Source: Scyliorhinus canicula (taxonomy: Eukaryota). From it: a stretch of 46,976 nucleotides of DNA. Of the stretch, positions 44,656-46,976 are shown piece after piece; positions within the stretch are counted from its first letter, which is position 1; every line of letters begins with the position of its first letter. The translations under genes were made by a program, and so were the position numbers. The stretch covers positions 248,001 through 294,976 of the forward strand of contig NW_024055665.1 of NCBI RefSeq assembly GCF_902713615.1, read 5' to 3'. The notes under the pieces were generated by a model. That model saw only the letters and a list, made by a program, of their open reading frames with translations, was not told the DNA's origin and searched no databases.

Positions 44656-45624
44656 TCTATTCTATTCTCCCTTTGTTTCTCGGTGTCTTGGTTGAAGAAC
44701 GGAAGTAAATCCTCGGGAATGAATCATCACTTTGGACAGGTTCTGAAACAATTAAGTTTTGCCTTCCAGGAAAGAGTAGCTATAATCGTGGAATGTGATT
44801 TTAGATTGTTCAAAAGGGCAAAGTTCTATTTTATAGTTTACTGTGCAGTTTCTGAGTTAAAATAGCTTCTAGTTTGTTTGTTGTATAAAAAGTCATAAAA
44901 CTTGAAGTCTCGTTGTGTGATCTTTTAATTTGTTGACTGGGCATTTGATTTTTTATAAGAAGTTGCTGACCTTTATAGGGGTCCTAATCCACAAGTTTTG
45001 TCTTCCTATTTGAGCCTCGGGCACCTTTCTGTCTCTATTGCTCATGTCAATGACAGCGAGGTGATGGAGCTGAGGACTGAATTTAGCTGAGAATAACGGG
45101 GCCTGTTGCCCAGTTGGGAAACTGCAATGGGCGTCGCTAATAGAGACAGGAAGGTGCTGGAGGGCTGACAGGGAACTGGACATCCGACCAATCAGGGTTC
45201 AGGGGCGAGGGGGGGGGGGGTGACCAGGGCTGATGGTGATGTGACCCCCAGGATTCAGTGCCCCGTGTCCAAAGTTGGGAAGCACAGGAACAGGGTACAG
45301 AGGAGCTGAAGGGAAACCATTTGGGACCCAGAACATTGTGAACATCCTGTTACTCTGGTTGTCTTTGATCCTCAAGTAATTTTCCATTAGTTTTTTTTAA
45401 CCACGTTTCTGTTTCATCAATAAACTTTTAACAGGAAAATATTTGAATTTGTTGGACTTTTCCTGATTAATTTGTTCACTTTCGGGAAAGTAGGTGAGAG
45501 GGGTTGACAGGCTCTTTAACAAAACGTGGTAATCTTAGGTAATTGGCAAAGGATTCAGAGGTGGAGAAGAGATTTTATTTTTCTTTTGACCCAGTGTTTG
45601 AAAATGGGGTTCAGGGAATCAATT

Positions 45625-45836
45625 GTGATTGACTAATTTATCAAGGTTCTCTGAGGAGGTAACACGTGATGTCAATAAATGGGAACCTGTAGATGTGATT
45701 TATCTGGATTTCCAGAAGGAATTTCCCAAGGTGCCACATCAAAGGTTAATACACAAAATAAGAACTCATGGTGTGGGATCAACATATCAGCATGGATAGA
45801 GGATTGGTTAGCTAACAGGAAGCAGCCAATTGGTAT
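45625..45836 (+). mobile_element. CR1-like RT fragment
   Basis: gaacctgtagatgtgatttatctggatttccagaagg...aaggtgccacat (PVDVIYLDFQK...KVPH) and WIEDWLANRKQ. Confidence 0.8.
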
Positions 45837-46396
45837 TGTTGTATTTTATATTTTCCCCGCGTCTTGACTGTGATAGAGAAATTCAAACAGCATTCATTAG
45901 GTAAGCAAAACTGAACTTTATTTCCGAATTTGAACTGACTGCTAGCAGTAAATGGCTGATACTTGGAGTCGGAAAGCAGTCAATTACAAACTGCTGAGTC
46001 CGTCCCAAGTCTGCGATATTACAGAAAAGAAGGTGATTCTTATACATTATAGGATCAAGATAACATGAATACAACTTAGTCAGGAATTTGATCGAAAGTA
46101 AAACATAAGTAATAATCGTTACAATGGCATCACCTTGCTGACCTTTAGGGGACTGGAGTTTCATATCATTTTCTTGTCTTTGTTTTAAGAAAGGGAAGAA
46201 GTTGTTTAGGAACAGGAAAAAATAGTTGTTCAGCTTGTTATGTATTAAGACTGCTTCTAGTTCAAGCCTTATCTAGACTCTCAGGACATGCTGTCTATGT
46301 ATATTCTGAATCTGTGTCTTAGGTTAAATTCAATTGTACCAAGAAGACTTGACTAGTTTTCCCATCATGCCATTATTTGCTTCACACAATACCACA
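45837..46396 (-). mobile_element. ERV 3' LTR (about 560 bp)
   Basis: Starts TGTGGTATT directly after the PPT and ends AATACAACA (imperfect terminal inverted repeat, TG...CA); minus-strand TATAAGA near 46040 and AATAAA near 45920. Confidence 0.8.
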
Positions 46397-46408
46397 CTCC
46401 CCACTTTT
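46397..46408 (-). other. Polypurine tract AAAAGTGGGGAG
   Basis: Lies between the env stop (46428-46430) and the LTR TG. Confidence 0.8.
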
Positions 46409-46427
46409 GTCATTTCATGACAACTAG

Positions 46428-46976
46428 CTAAATAGGTATATCCATGATTCGTTTGAAAATGCATTTACACAAGCAGGCAAGCAATCCTATCCCTAGTAGC
46501 ATTAGTAGCAGTAGAATAAAGGCCTTAAAGATCCAGTCAAATAATCCATGACCCAACCACCCTAGCCAACCCGGCGGGTTATAGTCGTGAAATTCACTGC
46601 CAATTTCTTGAATTTGAGCAGCCTGTCTCTTAATATGGTCGGCCAGGTTAGTGATATTTTCAGAGCCATCTGGAATGTAAGTACAGCACTCTTGGCCTAT
46701 GATAGCGCACGTTCCTCCCTGCGAGGCTAACAGATAATCCAAAGCCAGTCGATTTTGTAATGCCACGGTCCGGACAGCCACTAGCTCAGCTGAGACCTCG
46801 GCCAGTACCTGTCCAGTGTCCCTGGCTTCTGTTGCAGTTACGTTTGCCAGATGTTCCAATGCTGAGGCCATGTAGATCAGTTCGTTGGATGCCTTGCCCG
46901 TTCCGTTTTAGAAATTGTTCTTTTTGCTCGCGAGGGGGAGTGCTTAAGGGTGGATTGGTGACGCATTTGGGGTATG
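46428..46976 (-). pseudogene. env: Class I (gamma-type) ERV env, TM subunit and SU end, frameshifted; continues beyond the window
   Basis: Immunosuppressive domain LQNRLALDYLLASQGG, CX6CC (CAIIGQECC), hydrophobic anchor; furin site RAKR at 46919-46930 lies in a different frame. Confidence 0.92.

Noticed and set aside
44660-45610. Possible additional LTR or promoter (CCAAT, G-run, AATAAA near 45419)
   Set aside because: No TG...CA termini, TSD or second copy could be identified by eye.

Overview
Eukaryotic genomic DNA from a cartilaginous fish; the SINE/LINE repertoire suggests a shark, possibly a catshark (inference). The window holds one apparently intact, unrearranged cluster-type IgM heavy-chain locus on the + strand: leader, VH with 23-RSS, a single D with 12/12 RSS, JH with 22-RSS, a 14.3 kb J-C intron, Cmu1-4 with secretory tail, TM1 and TM2. 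Downstream are a C2H2 zinc-finger gene and the 3' end (env remnant, PPT, LTR) of a class I endogenous retrovirus on the - strand. Many retroelements are interspersed (CR1, RTE, Rex1/Babar-like, L1, several tRNA-derived SINEs, a Penelope-like palindrome). Top observations: (1) the J-C intron carries a G-rich 20-bp array followed by an AGCT-dense 29-bp array ending about 500 bp before Cmu1, resembling a tetrapod switch region in position and motif content, and the AGCT array appears to be an amplified SINE head; (2) the lone 23-nt D looks like a germline D1-D2 fusion; (3) a 67-bp-arm hairpin element with a 14-bp TSD sits between V and D; (4) the ERV env has lost its fusion peptide, possibly by microhomology deletion. 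All coordinates and counts were read by eye; repeat boundaries are approximate.
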